A stretch of DNA of 55,532 bases from an uncultured Gammaproteobacteria bacterium (GTDB taxonomy: Bacteria; Patescibacteriota; Microgenomatia; UBA8517; UBA10165): NCBI GenBank assembly GCA_964366515.1, contig CAYIUF010000002.1:1-55532 (forward strand), given 5' to 3'. Of this stretch, positions 32,731 through 42,564 are shown in pieces (position 1 is the first letter of the stretch; each line of letters opens with the position of its first letter). The notes beneath the pieces were generated by a model. It was not told where the DNA came from. It searched no databases and worked only from the letters and a program-made list of their open reading frames with translations. The translations under genes were made by a program, and so were the position numbers.

Positions 32731-32760
32731 ATTATAACACCTAGAGGCAGGTTATTTCAA
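32731..32760 (-). promoter_or_regulatory. Sigma70-type promoter of the islet-3 gene
   Basis: Reverse strand reads TTGAAA(32760-32755), 18 nt, TATAAT(32736-32731), preceded by TGT. Confidence 0.55.
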
Positions 32761-32769
32761 CCTGTAGTG

Positions 32770-33327
32770 TTATTTCCTAGCGAGGGTTTTTAGGAATTTG
32801 TAGCTTTTTAGGGAAGTTCCGATTATGTCCTCTATATATGAATCAACGTCTGTTGGGACGGGCTTTGTTTTGGAGATAAAGCCAAGTTCTTCAAGTACTT
32901 CGAGCTTGAAATTTTGCACAAGGGGGTATAACTGCCAGTAGTCTAAAGCGTGCAGGGATTCTAGGCATTCTTGAAGAGAATATAAAACTTCTTTGTGTTC
33001 TTGATGCTCGACGGTTAGTTTATCTACTACTTCACAAAGATGGTAGGCAACACCAACTTTGACTAAATCATCCCGCCAGTCTTGAAAGTTATTTTTTATC
33101 TCCACGTCTGTGAGAATATCTAGATTTCGTCCACGGGCCAGTAGAAACCTGCAGAAGCTAAATATTTCAATAGCTCCCCTCTTTCTTGACGTTGTGCGAC
33201 GTACGCCTTTTGCAACAATTCGGAGTTTGCCGTAGTGTTTGGAAAATACGGTTAGGAGCCTGTCTGCTTCTCCAAAGTTTTTTCTTGCGAGAATTATGCC
33301 TTCAGTTGAATAGTTTCTTAAGTCCAC
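32770..33327 (-). CDS. recO: DNA repair protein RecO (short form)
   Basis: EGIILARKNFGEADRLLTVFSKHYGKLRIVAKGVRR, an OB-fold N-terminus typical of RecO. Confidence 0.8.
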   Translation of the reverse strand: MDLRNYSTEGIILARKNFGEADRLLTVFSKHYGKLRIVAKGVRRTTSRKRGAIEIFSFCRFLLARGRNLDILTDVEIKNNFQDWRDDLVKVGVAYHLCEVVDKLTVEHQEHKEVLYSLQECLESLHALDYWQLYPLVQNFKLEVLEELGFISKTKPVPTDVDSYIEDIIGTSLKSYKFLKTLARK

Positions 33328-33351
33328 ACGCTGATTCTAACACTTGAGGAG

Positions 33352-33612
33352 TTAGTAGCCGGTATTAACTTCGCTTTCGACTGTTCCGAAATCTGAATCT
33401 ACACTATCAAAATTCGTTGCATTTATATCTTTTTCAATTTCTGAGACGTTGTCTGAGGTTCCTTGTTCTTCGATCATCATTTCTTCCTGGCTTTTTTGAG
33501 GAACGGCAACCTCACTCTTTTCGTTAAACAAAAAAACTGCAAATGCCAAAAGTATCAAAAGGCCGAGCAGAAGAATTGTCATCGTTTGGGAACTGCTTGA
33601 TTTACTCGCCAT
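33352..33612 (-). CDS. Small membrane-anchored acidic protein, unknown function
   Basis: ORF track. MTILLLGLLILLAFAVFLF anchor. Confidence 0.4.
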   Translation of the reverse strand: MASKSSSSQTMTILLLGLLILLAFAVFLFNEKSEVAVPQKSQEEMMIEEQGTSDNVSEIEKDINATNFDSVDSDFGTVESEVNTGY

Positions 33613-34117
33613 CTTTATCTTTCTCCCCTTCTGTTGATTCTGACAAACCTTTTACAAGTCCAAGACTTGAGGAAAGGTTGGTTCGAATATCAACCAGTTC
33701 TCTTTTGACTGCCTGCATTCTCGTTTTTAAGATTTGGAAAGCAACTTTAGGCTCATTTGAGGAAATTATTTGTGGGAACTCATTTTCCAGTTTTAAGACA
33801 TCTGCTCTTGCTTGGATAATTTTGGATTTGGTTGTATCAAGTTGTGCTTGCGCCTTGGTTGTGTCTGCCCCTTTTTCTTTGAGGGTATCAATTTTTGATT
33901 GAACTCTGTCTGAGATTTTTTCAAGGCGGTTAACATGTGCATTGAGGACTTTTATTTTCCTTTGCATAAAGGAAGTCAGCGAGTTTTTTCGGTTTTCCAC
34001 GACCTTTTGGCGTGCTTCAGAGGATGCGGAGGGAGTGCTTGTTTGACCTTTTGCAGCAGCAGGGGAGGTTAGACCAAGAACTAAGAAAATTGCGAGGGCT
34101 GGCAGTAGGGCTTTCAT
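33602..34117 (-). CDS. Secreted coiled-coil protein, unknown function
   Basis: Signal-peptide-like MKALLPALAIFLVLGLTSPAAA, followed by a heptad-rich sequence. Confidence 0.5.
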   Translation of the reverse strand: MKALLPALAIFLVLGLTSPAAAKGQTSTPSASSEARQKVVENRKNSLTSFMQRKIKVLNAHVNRLEKISDRVQSKIDTLKEKGADTTKAQAQLDTTKSKIIQARADVLKLENEFPQIISSNEPKVAFQILKTRMQAVKRELVDIRTNLSSSLGLVKGLSESTEGEKDKDGE

Positions 34118-34159
34118 CTATCTTGATTTTTCTACTCTAATACTTGTTTGTCAACTGGG

Positions 34160-36136
34160 TCAAAGTGATACTTCGCGGTCGATGGTTAGCTTGAATTCTT
34201 CTTTTTTCTTGCCAGATTTGACTGTTACCATATGCCCTGCTGTTCCTGGTTGTTTTTGGATTAAGATTTTGTAGCCGTCTTTTGTTTTTATTGGAGTTTT
34301 GTATTTAAATTTAAGGTCGGTTACACCCTCTGGGCGCAATATAAAGAACCCTTCAAAAACAGTTTTTCCAAGATCTTCAGAAGTTGTTACGGGAACTTCC
34401 GAACCAGTGGAATCTACTAATGTGGATCCTTTTGGAACATATACTCTAAACCAATCGCGGAAAGGGCCGTTTAGCCAACCATCATGTTTTTGTGGGTTGT
34501 TGTATTTTATTGTTAGTTCGTTGGTTGTCCCCACATTTCCCTGGTCTACTGTGAGCTCAATTTGGTGTTGGACATATAGATTTGATTTTGCGCCGGCAAA
34601 GTTTGCGTCGTTTATATGGAGATAATCCCCCTCAGTTTCGCGAATTCTCCCTGCGAGATTAAATGATTCAAGGGCCATCTGAACTTTCTCGTCGTTTACT
34701 GAGAACATAATGTGTTTCTCCATCAAAGAGTTCCAACCTACTTCAAATAATCCTGCTAGCTTTTCTTTGGGCTGGCCAAGGGCGTTTGCGATCAGAGTAT
34801 TCATAAGGGGGCCCAGAAAGCCTTTTCTGTGGTCTGCATGCGGCGGTTTATAGACAATTTTGCCCGAAATATCGTCCCAAACTATTGGGCCTGCGACGTC
34901 TGCATAAGACTCAAGTTCGTAAATAACATTTGGACAGTTACACCGCTTGTCCTCTTCTGCTGAATAGTTTCCATAACCTGGAATTCCTAGAGTTCCCATT
35001 ACCCCAAGTAGTCCAACTAGTGGGTGTGTGTCTACAGAAATTATGCCGTCTACTTTTGGTGCATTTTTTATAGTCGAGTAGTTCTCGTAAAAAGTATTCA
35101 TAGATGTTTTGAAATCCGGAGATAAGTTCATGTCTCTCAAAAACCAATTATTGACTAGGGGGAGATACTTTTTGATTGGCTCGGGGGCAGGGAGTTTGGA
35201 ACGGAACTGACCGTCTAGTTTATAGATGTCATCTGAGACTACTTGTTCAAATTTTCCATCTTTTACTTTGATTATTGAGTATGCAGTTATAAAACCTCCG
35301 GTTGGCCTTAATTCTTTGTCGTTTTGCCACAAAAATAGATATGTTCTTTCACTGTCTATTCCCAGTAGATATGGGAGCTGTTCTAAAACCGGCTTTCCGT
35401 CTGTTAGAAGCTCGTGAAGCCTTCCTGCATCTTCAATTGCATTTTTTAGCTTGGCTCGAATTGGTTTTCCTTGGAAATATTCTGGGTATCTTCCGGCATT
35501 AATTTTCTGAAATTCAGAATTCATCTTTTCCGTTTTTTTACTTATCTCCCCCATCTTGGGAATGATGTCGTCGATCGTCTGAACGATAAAGTCTATTCTG
35601 TCTTCTGCTGTTTGGGTTCCGTCTTGTGCTTCCTTTCCTCCGTTAAGCCCTAAAAAATCACTGTATGGTTCGACAGTCTGGACTATGATATCCCCTGCTT
35701 CGAGACCCGATATTCCCCCAACTGTTAAATGCTTGGCGTCGTTCCAGTAGCCTCCAAGGCCAGGAATAAATTTGACCCAAATTATTGTATTTAAGCTTAT
35801 ATCAAGCGCATGTAAATCCTTTTTCGTTTTATCCAAGGCCGCTTTTGTTTGACCGATGTTTTGGCTTGCAGCTGCTGCCTGTAGCTCTGCTGCCGAGGCC
35901 ATAACCTTCTTTGCCGAGACTCTAATAGATAAAAGTGGTATAGCAATCAAGAGAAGTGGGATTAGAATGACAGCTGCGATAGAGCCAACAACGACTGCCG
36001 TTGACTTGCTTTTGAAGTTGGGCTTTGGAATTTTGGACCAGAAGAGTTGTTTTGGGCTTGCGTTTTGCGGCGCACCAGTAGAAGTGACTGGAGTTTCTGC
36101 TAATTCAATTCGTTTGAGCTCTTCGATTTTTGCCAT
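34160..36136 (-). CDS. DUF4012-like membrane-anchored extracytoplasmic protein
   Basis: N-terminal anchor and the segment LWQNDKELRPTGGFITAYSII, characteristic of DUF4012 (recall). Confidence 0.6.
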   Translation of the reverse strand: MAKIEELKRIELAETPVTSTGAPQNASPKQLFWSKIPKPNFKSKSTAVVVGSIAAVILIPLLLIAIPLLSIRVSAKKVMASAAELQAAAASQNIGQTKAALDKTKKDLHALDISLNTIIWVKFIPGLGGYWNDAKHLTVGGISGLEAGDIIVQTVEPYSDFLGLNGGKEAQDGTQTAEDRIDFIVQTIDDIIPKMGEISKKTEKMNSEFQKINAGRYPEYFQGKPIRAKLKNAIEDAGRLHELLTDGKPVLEQLPYLLGIDSERTYLFLWQNDKELRPTGGFITAYSIIKVKDGKFEQVVSDDIYKLDGQFRSKLPAPEPIKKYLPLVNNWFLRDMNLSPDFKTSMNTFYENYSTIKNAPKVDGIISVDTHPLVGLLGVMGTLGIPGYGNYSAEEDKRCNCPNVIYELESYADVAGPIVWDDISGKIVYKPPHADHRKGFLGPLMNTLIANALGQPKEKLAGLFEVGWNSLMEKHIMFSVNDEKVQMALESFNLAGRIRETEGDYLHINDANFAGAKSNLYVQHQIELTVDQGNVGTTNELTIKYNNPQKHDGWLNGPFRDWFRVYVPKGSTLVDSTGSEVPVTTSEDLGKTVFEGFFILRPEGVTDLKFKYKTPIKTKDGYKILIQKQPGTAGHMVTVKSGKKKEEFKLTIDREVSL

Positions 36137-36143
36137 TTGTGGG

Positions 36144-36782
36144 TCAGACTGCGCCTTTGCCCGAGAGCATTGCCCATGGAGTACGCAGGAGTATTTCTAA
36201 GTCTAGCATAAAGGACATGTTTCTTGCATACATTGCGTCAATTGCGATTCTCTTGTCAAAGTTAACATTTGACCTGCCGCTTACCTGCCAATAACCCGTA
36301 ATGCCCGGCTTCACACCTAAGGCTTCTTTTATCAATTTTTTTGTTCCGGGGTGCAAATCAGCCTGCACTTTTAGTTCTTCTGCAAAATACGGACGCGGCC
36401 CTATCAAGCTCATTTCTCCTTTAAGAATATTCACAGCTTGGGGCACTTCATCAATTGAGTATTTACGGATAAATCTTCCAACAGGAGTTACTCTCGGGTC
36501 GTCTTTAAGCTTGTAACCGCCTTTTTTGTATTGCTCAAAGAATTTCTTAAGATTGGGATTTGTGCGTATTGCAAGATATGATCCTGGGACCATTGAGCGG
36601 AACTTGTATAGCCTGAACAGCTTCCCACCTTTACCTACTCGCTTGGGGATGTCAGCAAATATGGGGCCCGGAGATGTGAGTTTTATCAAAACTGCCGTTG
36701 CCAACATTATTGGGGAAAATACTATTAATATAAGGATTGCCAGAATAACATCTTCTGCACGTTTTACACTTTCGTATGTCAT
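36144..36782 (-). CDS. Polyprenyl-phosphate sugar phosphotransferase (bacterial sugar transferase family, priming enzyme)
   Basis: IGPRPYFAEEL and GITGYWQVSGRS motifs. Confidence 0.85.
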   Translation of the reverse strand: MTYESVKRAEDVILAILILIVFSPIMLATAVLIKLTSPGPIFADIPKRVGKGGKLFRLYKFRSMVPGSYLAIRTNPNLKKFFEQYKKGGYKLKDDPRVTPVGRFIRKYSIDEVPQAVNILKGEMSLIGPRPYFAEELKVQADLHPGTKKLIKEALGVKPGITGYWQVSGRSNVNFDKRIAIDAMYARNMSFMLDLEILLRTPWAMLSGKGAV

Positions 36783-37870
36783 TTTTTCTTTGTCAGGTTG
36801 GAGATCAGTGTAGCAAAGTTTTTTTGGAATTTCTCCTCTGAGAATTTTCTTGAGTTATTTATATAATCTTCTTTTTTAAATGTTTTTCTCTCAAATCTTT
36901 TAATTGCGTCTATTAATGAGCTTTCTGTTTGCGACTCAAAAAAGACACCCGTCTTCTCATTTACTGTTTCTGTTGCCCCGCCTTTTTTGAATGCAATAAC
37001 TGGGGTACCAACCGCTTGCGCTTCCACTGCAGTGATTCCGAAATCCTCATTTTGCGGATAGATCAGTGCTTTTGCATTTTTATAATAACTCCACAGTTGA
37101 TCATCGGGAATTTGTCCAGTAAAAGTAATGTTTGAATTTGCCAGAGATCTGAGTTTTTGTTCTTCACTTCCGGTTCCCACCACGATGAGAGTTTTCTTTA
37201 ATCTATTAAAGATCTTTATCACAAAATCTACTTTCTTATATGGAATCAGTCTTGACACAATCAGATAGTAACCTTTTTGATATGACACTACACTCCTATG
37301 TAGGGGTGTAGTATTTATTCCCGTGTTAACTGGTGGGTAAATCACAGTGGCTTCTCTCTCGTAGTAGCGTTTTATTCGCTCAGAGACTGTATTTGAGATT
37401 GCCACAATTGTGTCTGGTCGTTGGGCTGACGTTTTGTCCCACCATTTAAGATAAGACACCAGAGGAGTGCTTAGTATTTTACGGATTCCGCTCAGATACT
37501 CGTCACTGCCGCTCCACAGATAACGCGTTGGTGTAAGACAGTAACATAAATGGAAGGTTGCCGGTTTTGTAATTATTCCTTTTGCCGCTTCTGAAGTTAC
37601 TGAAATTACAAAATCAAATTCTGAGAAGTCAAAACTCTCAAATGCAAATGGCATCAACGGCGCATATAAATCATGGCGAGTTTTTGCGAAAGGAAAGTTG
37701 TTTAGAAACGAGGTTACTACTTTTGGAAAAGCTGTTGCCCACTTGGCAGTTTTTGGATTGTAGACTGAGGTATATAGCGGTGCCTCTGGGAATAGTTTAT
37801 TCAATTGAAGAAGCACTCGCTCTGCCCCACCCCATTTGTTGACCCTGTCGTATACGATTGCTACCTTCAC
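36779..37870 (-). CDS. GT4-family glycosyltransferase
   Basis: EDFGITAVEAQAVGTPVIA (E-x7-E) motif. GTG start. Confidence 0.8.
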   Translation of the reverse strand: MKVAIVYDRVNKWGGAERVLLQLNKLFPEAPLYTSVYNPKTAKWATAFPKVVTSFLNNFPFAKTRHDLYAPLMPFAFESFDFSEFDFVISVTSEAAKGIITKPATFHLCYCLTPTRYLWSGSDEYLSGIRKILSTPLVSYLKWWDKTSAQRPDTIVAISNTVSERIKRYYEREATVIYPPVNTGINTTPLHRSVVSYQKGYYLIVSRLIPYKKVDFVIKIFNRLKKTLIVVGTGSEEQKLRSLANSNITFTGQIPDDQLWSYYKNAKALIYPQNEDFGITAVEAQAVGTPVIAFKKGGATETVNEKTGVFFESQTESSLIDAIKRFERKTFKKEDYINNSRKFSEEKFQKNFATLISNLTKKK

Positions 37871-38952
37871 TTGCCCAACACCTCACGATAAACTTTTAAT
37901 GTTTCTTTTGCCATTTTTTCCCAGGAATACTTTTTCAATTGTGCCTTGCCATACTTTTCCAGTTCACCTTCTAATGTCGAGCTTTTGAAGAGTTTATTGA
38001 GTGTTGTTGTTAGACTGGACGCCTTGTTAGGATCGAAATATAAAGCGGCATTACCATAGATTTCATGGAGAACAGGGATGTCGGAACAAACGACAGGGCA
38101 CCCAGCCTGCATTGCTTCCAATCCTGGCAAACCAAATCCCTCAGAGAGTGTGGGGAATACAAAAGCTTGTGCCCCAGCGTACAAACTGCCTAGCTCTTTG
38201 TCTGTGACTTGACCCAAAAATTCCACCTTATTTTCTACGCCAAGGCTCGTTGCTAGTTTTTTTGCTTTGTCATGAAATACGTTTCTTGCAGAAACCACCT
38301 TGAGTTTGAGATTGGTATCTTTGAGCGCAATAAGGACTACTTGCAGGTTTTTATGTGGATAAAGACTGCCGACGTACAAGAGGTAATCACCACTTTGTGC
38401 TTTCCCCCCATTAGGTAAAGGGTCAACGCCCTCGTAGGTTGTGTGGACTTTATTTTTTGTTTCAGGGAACCTGTAAGTCACTTCCTCCGCCACAGACTTA
38501 CTTGGAACAAATATCGCTTTTGCTCGGGAAGCTGCATTTCTTACAACTAGTCTGTAGCCTGCATATTTTGCAAGATACGTTAAGGGGGGAAGGGTTGTTA
38601 CATCAAAACCCTTTTTTGTGTGCCAAAGAATATCATGGATTGTTATTACGAATTTCTTAGGATAAAAGATTGGAACATTAAAATGTGGAACATGCAAGAG
38701 ATCTAAATTTTCCTTTAGAAAAATCTGCACAAGGCTCGTTTGCTCGCCTAAAGTGTAGTGGGGAATGTCTGCGCTAACTTTTTTCCATCCCACAGAAGTT
38801 TTGATATCGTCCTCGTCCTCGGACCTACAAAAAATTATGTATTCGTTGTTGTCTCCAATTTCTTGAAGATTTTCTACTAGCTTTTGGGTATAACGGCCAA
38901 TGCCAGTATGTTTTACTCCCCAAAGTCTGCAGTCTATGCCAATTCTTGCCAT
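37867..38952 (-). CDS. GT4-family glycosyltransferase
   Basis: SEGFGLPGLEAMQAGCPVV motif. Confidence 0.8.
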   Translation of the reverse strand: MARIGIDCRLWGVKHTGIGRYTQKLVENLQEIGDNNEYIIFCRSEDEDDIKTSVGWKKVSADIPHYTLGEQTSLVQIFLKENLDLLHVPHFNVPIFYPKKFVITIHDILWHTKKGFDVTTLPPLTYLAKYAGYRLVVRNAASRAKAIFVPSKSVAEEVTYRFPETKNKVHTTYEGVDPLPNGGKAQSGDYLLYVGSLYPHKNLQVVLIALKDTNLKLKVVSARNVFHDKAKKLATSLGVENKVEFLGQVTDKELGSLYAGAQAFVFPTLSEGFGLPGLEAMQAGCPVVCSDIPVLHEIYGNAALYFDPNKASSLTTTLNKLFKSSTLEGELEKYGKAQLKKYSWEKMAKETLKVYREVLGK

Positions 38953-38953
38953 A

Positions 38954-39883
38954 TTATGTAGTTGCCCGAAGAGCTCTAAGCCTTTCTAACAATCCAATGC
39001 CAAAAAGCACTGAACTTGTAACAATTTTTGGGTACTTGTTTTTATAATGCTTCTTGTAAAAAATGCGCATCGCGTCAGTTGATGCCTTTATTGCTCTTTT
39101 TTTTGTGCTTTGGTCTGCTGTAGTAACGTTTTGCGTCTGGTGTTTAATTCCAGATGACACGCCATGATGATGTAAAATCTTTGCTTGAGGTAAAAAGTAA
39201 ACCTTCCACCCTTTTTCTTTTAACTTAAAACAGAAATCTATATCTTCCCCATAAAGAAAATAGTCTTCGTCCCACCAGCCGACTTCCTCTCCGGCTCCTC
39301 TTCGAACAAAGAAGGCAGCGCCCGAAAGTGCGTCAACCTCGTGTGGGTTTTTATTATTCAATTCCCAGCCCATTGTGTAGCCTGCAAAGAGTTTGCTTTT
39401 TGGGAAGATTCGCCTGAGGCCTATGAAGTGAGACATTGCATTCCAGGGAGTGGGAAAACCCCTGTGTGCGGCACTTGTTAGTTCGCCATCGGGGTAAATT
39501 AAACTTGGGCCACATACTCCGACATCAGCGTTTTCTTCCGAAAATTCGAACATTTGTTTTATCGCAGACTTTGAAACTCTTGTATCTGGGTTAAGGAACA
39601 ACAAGTACTTACTATCTGTTTTCTTAACCCCTACATTGTTTCCCGCTGCAAAACCAAGATTTACTTCATTTAAAACAGTCTTTATATTTTGTTCTTTTCC
39701 TAATTTTTTAATCTCTTCTTGAGAACCATCAGCTGAGGCATTATCGACAAGAATTATTTCGTACGGTAAGTCCCTTAAATCTGATTCTTTAATCGATTGA
39801 ACACAATTTTTCAAAAAATCTTTCGCATTGAAATTTAAGATTATTATTGACAGATCAATTTTTGACATGTTTTGCTTTTTCAT
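38954..39883 (-). CDS. GT2-family glycosyltransferase
   Basis: LSIIILNFNAKDFL...VDNASADGS and a DxD-type fold signature. Confidence 0.8.
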   Translation of the reverse strand: MKKQNMSKIDLSIIILNFNAKDFLKNCVQSIKESDLRDLPYEIILVDNASADGSQEEIKKLGKEQNIKTVLNEVNLGFAAGNNVGVKKTDSKYLLFLNPDTRVSKSAIKQMFEFSEENADVGVCGPSLIYPDGELTSAAHRGFPTPWNAMSHFIGLRRIFPKSKLFAGYTMGWELNNKNPHEVDALSGAAFFVRRGAGEEVGWWDEDYFLYGEDIDFCFKLKEKGWKVYFLPQAKILHHHGVSSGIKHQTQNVTTADQSTKKRAIKASTDAMRIFYKKHYKNKYPKIVTSSVLFGIGLLERLRALRATT

Positions 39884-41045
39884 ATACTTGCGTCAGTTTC
39901 TCAGCAATCGATTCGTATGAGTATTCTTTTTCCACCAGTTTCCTTGCATTAAGCGCAATCTTTGCATACAGCTTTTTGTCGTTTAAGACTCTGACTGTCT
40001 GCTCTGCCATTTCTTCTGGGGTGTTTCCTTCCAAATAATGGACGTCTTTCTTGCCAATGCCTGCAATGCCTACCTTTGTTGTAACAACAGGAAGCCGGGC
40101 TGCCATTGATGAGAGAATTTTCAATCTTGTTCCCCCAGGTCCGTACAGTGGGGCGACCATAACTCCTGCACTTCTTATTGCTTTTTGCACTCCTGCCACA
40201 TCTTCAACGCCTAGTTCGTTTAATATGACATTTTCTGAACGTAGATTTTGAACAGATTGAGTATTTTGACCTGAAATAATTACTTTTACGTCTGGTATTT
40301 CTTTGAGAATTAATGGTAAGACTTTGTTTACTAATATTCTTGCCGCCTCGCCATTTTGTAGCCATTCGTAGTTTCCCTGAAATAGAATTGTTTTGTTGTA
40401 ATGAAGCGGCACATCATCTATAAAATCTTCACTTACTCCGTTTGGAATTACGGTCACATCTGCTTTTATTGCCTGGCTCATAAACTTTGCATCTGAGGCA
40501 GAAACAGCAACAACTTGAGCGGCTTTTTTCCAATAATATGTTTCCCAGTATTTCAATTTTGCGACATCTATGTATAGCAGGGGCTTTAAGATAGGATATC
40601 TATATGTGTCTACATAATGTTGGACAACTTGGTACTCGAGAGTTTGGTCGACAAGTACAATTGGAATGTTTACCTCGGGAATATGAGGCGATACATAGAA
40701 GGTCTCTGCATGGATAATGTCAAACTCCCCAACTTTAATTATTTCTGGCAAAGTTTTTTTCTCTTCGGCTGAGTAGTTTCTTACAACTAAAAATGGGTAA
40801 AGGCTAAATCCCGTTCTTAATATGTTTGTTATTGTCCATGGTTTTTGAGGTCTATTAAAAACATAGATTTTCTTGCAATACCTCTCCAGCATCTTTACGT
40901 TTTTTCTGTCGGTATCATGTTTGACTAAAGCACACAATGTAATCTCGTGCCTTTTTGAAAGTTCCTTTATAAGATTGTATGAGCGGATTTGACCGCCGGA
41001 AGAAGGAGGATAGGGCAAGTACGGGGTTAACATTAGTATGCGCAT
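39855..41045 (-). CDS. GT4-family glycosyltransferase
   Basis: N-terminal MRILMLTPYLPYPPSSGG and C-terminal GGTRLKILSSMAARLPVV. Confidence 0.75.
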   Translation of the reverse strand: MRILMLTPYLPYPPSSGGQIRSYNLIKELSKRHEITLCALVKHDTDRKNVKMLERYCKKIYVFNRPQKPWTITNILRTGFSLYPFLVVRNYSAEEKKTLPEIIKVGEFDIIHAETFYVSPHIPEVNIPIVLVDQTLEYQVVQHYVDTYRYPILKPLLYIDVAKLKYWETYYWKKAAQVVAVSASDAKFMSQAIKADVTVIPNGVSEDFIDDVPLHYNKTILFQGNYEWLQNGEAARILVNKVLPLILKEIPDVKVIISGQNTQSVQNLRSENVILNELGVEDVAGVQKAIRSAGVMVAPLYGPGGTRLKILSSMAARLPVVTTKVGIAGIGKKDVHYLEGNTPEEMAEQTVRVLNDKKLYAKIALNARKLVEKEYSYESIAEKLTQVYEKAKHVKN

Positions 41046-41048
41046 AGG

Positions 41049-42497
41049 TTACTTGCCCTTCTTTTTGGTTAGATCGATAATTACGTACTTGTCAGTTTTC
41101 TCGAGTGTTGTGTATTCATTCATTACCTGCCTTGTTTGGTCGTCAAAGTTAACTGAAACCCAGTATTGTGCGCCTTGCTTTTCAATCATTTCAGGAATTG
41201 GGTAAACAACGTATGGGAATCCTTTTCTTCTTGTTTGATACAAGAATGCTGTGTCGCCGTTGTATGGAGCAATAATAATCGCGTCCTTTGGCAGTAATTT
41301 ATCCGCAGCCGCTCCTGCAATCATAATCTCAGGGTGATTAACTTTATAAAATTCTTTGATTTGGTAGAAAGAAAAGAAGAGTCCTGCACTCACTGAGGCA
41401 ACCGCAAAAATTCTTGCGAGTTTTGTGTTTAGGGATTTTGTGTTCCACAAATATAGGAATCCTCCGGCAGTTGCCAAACAGACGGCGGGGATTATCAATG
41501 TTTGGTAATAGTCGTGGCGAACACTTGCTGTTGCAACTGTCAAAACAAAGGCAAACTGGCTTGCGAGCAAAACATGCATGAAGTATGGGTATTTGCCTTT
41601 TTTGAGGGTTAGCAGGCCAAGAACAAAAGCTGGTATCGCCCATACCCCTAGGATCATTCGCCCGAGGCGTTCTTCCAATATCCACCACCAGAAAGCTGGG
41701 CGGCCTCGAATGTTGTCGCCGTTGAAGGCCCATTTCCAATGTGGAATTCCTCTTATGTGGTCGCCATCCCACATCCAACCGCGCCAAAAGAAAAATGGAG
41801 AACCTACAATTGACAGAAATACCCAGAAATCGATATTCCTAAGACTGCCTTTGATCTTATATTTTTCCCAAGCAAGGTAAAGAAACGCCAGACCGTAAAA
41901 ACCAATGTATGGCTTCATCAGAAGAGCAAGTGCGAACAAAACCCCTGAAAGGTAAATGCTCCACCTTTTTTGTGTATCGATATAAAGAGAAAAGAAGTAA
42001 AGGCTTGAAACAATAAAGAAGACTGAGAGAGGTTCTGGTAAAATCGTTCGTGAAAAATAAACATTAAAAGGAAGCGCCGCGAAGAAAAAAGCTGCAAGAA
42101 GGCCACCCTCTTTTGAAATAAACCGCTTGCCCAGCAAATATACAAATACCAATGACCCAAGTGAGATAAAAACTGAACTAAGCCTTCCCCATTTATCAAA
42201 TCCGATTGCAGGATATGCTTTATACAAAACTGCGTGGATTGCATTGTATATTGGAAATTCTACAAACCTCCACCCTTCCGGATTATCAAATCCAGAGGCA
42301 ATGTTTGAAATATCATGATAGCGCGGGCGCAGAAGATCAATTCCGTCCTCAACATAAATCCTCGCAACTGATGCGGTGTCTGCTTGGCGCCAAGAGTGCC
42401 AATCTGCGACTGGATTATCGATTTTGTAAAGTCTTAATACGAGTCCTAGGGCGAGAATAAAAAAGAGGATTAGATTATGTTGAAATCTTTTGGTCAT
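41049..42497 (-). CDS. GT39/GT83 (PMT/ArnT-like) polytopic membrane glycosyltransferase
   Basis: LRLYKIDNPVADWHSWRQADTASVAR N-terminal loop plus more than 10 hydrophobic helices. Confidence 0.7.
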   Translation of the reverse strand: MTKRFQHNLILFFILALGLVLRLYKIDNPVADWHSWRQADTASVARIYVEDGIDLLRPRYHDISNIASGFDNPEGWRFVEFPIYNAIHAVLYKAYPAIGFDKWGRLSSVFISLGSLVFVYLLGKRFISKEGGLLAAFFFAALPFNVYFSRTILPEPLSVFFIVSSLYFFSLYIDTQKRWSIYLSGVLFALALLMKPYIGFYGLAFLYLAWEKYKIKGSLRNIDFWVFLSIVGSPFFFWRGWMWDGDHIRGIPHWKWAFNGDNIRGRPAFWWWILEERLGRMILGVWAIPAFVLGLLTLKKGKYPYFMHVLLASQFAFVLTVATASVRHDYYQTLIIPAVCLATAGGFLYLWNTKSLNTKLARIFAVASVSAGLFFSFYQIKEFYKVNHPEIMIAGAAADKLLPKDAIIIAPYNGDTAFLYQTRRKGFPYVVYPIPEMIEKQGAQYWVSVNFDDQTRQVMNEYTTLEKTDKYVIIDLTKKKGK

Positions 42498-42564
42498 TTT
42501 CTTCCCTTTCTATAACACCGACCGCCACACCTGCCAATGTCCAAAAGATTATATTGAAATTTTC

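Larger units (their letters stand above)
32167..32769 (-). other. GC-rich islet 3: one gene plus a multi-hairpin 3' region between recO and glyQS
   Basis: Composition shift, SD-led TTG start, paralogy to islet 2. Confidence 0.6.

Noticed and set aside
41344-42244. Alternative-frame minus-strand ORFs inside the PMT-like gene (41344..41787, 41918..42244), and similar ones (6842..7207, 22182..22469, 27692..27955).
   Set aside because: They are fully nested in longer ORFs with recognisable family features. They show no independent initiation signals.
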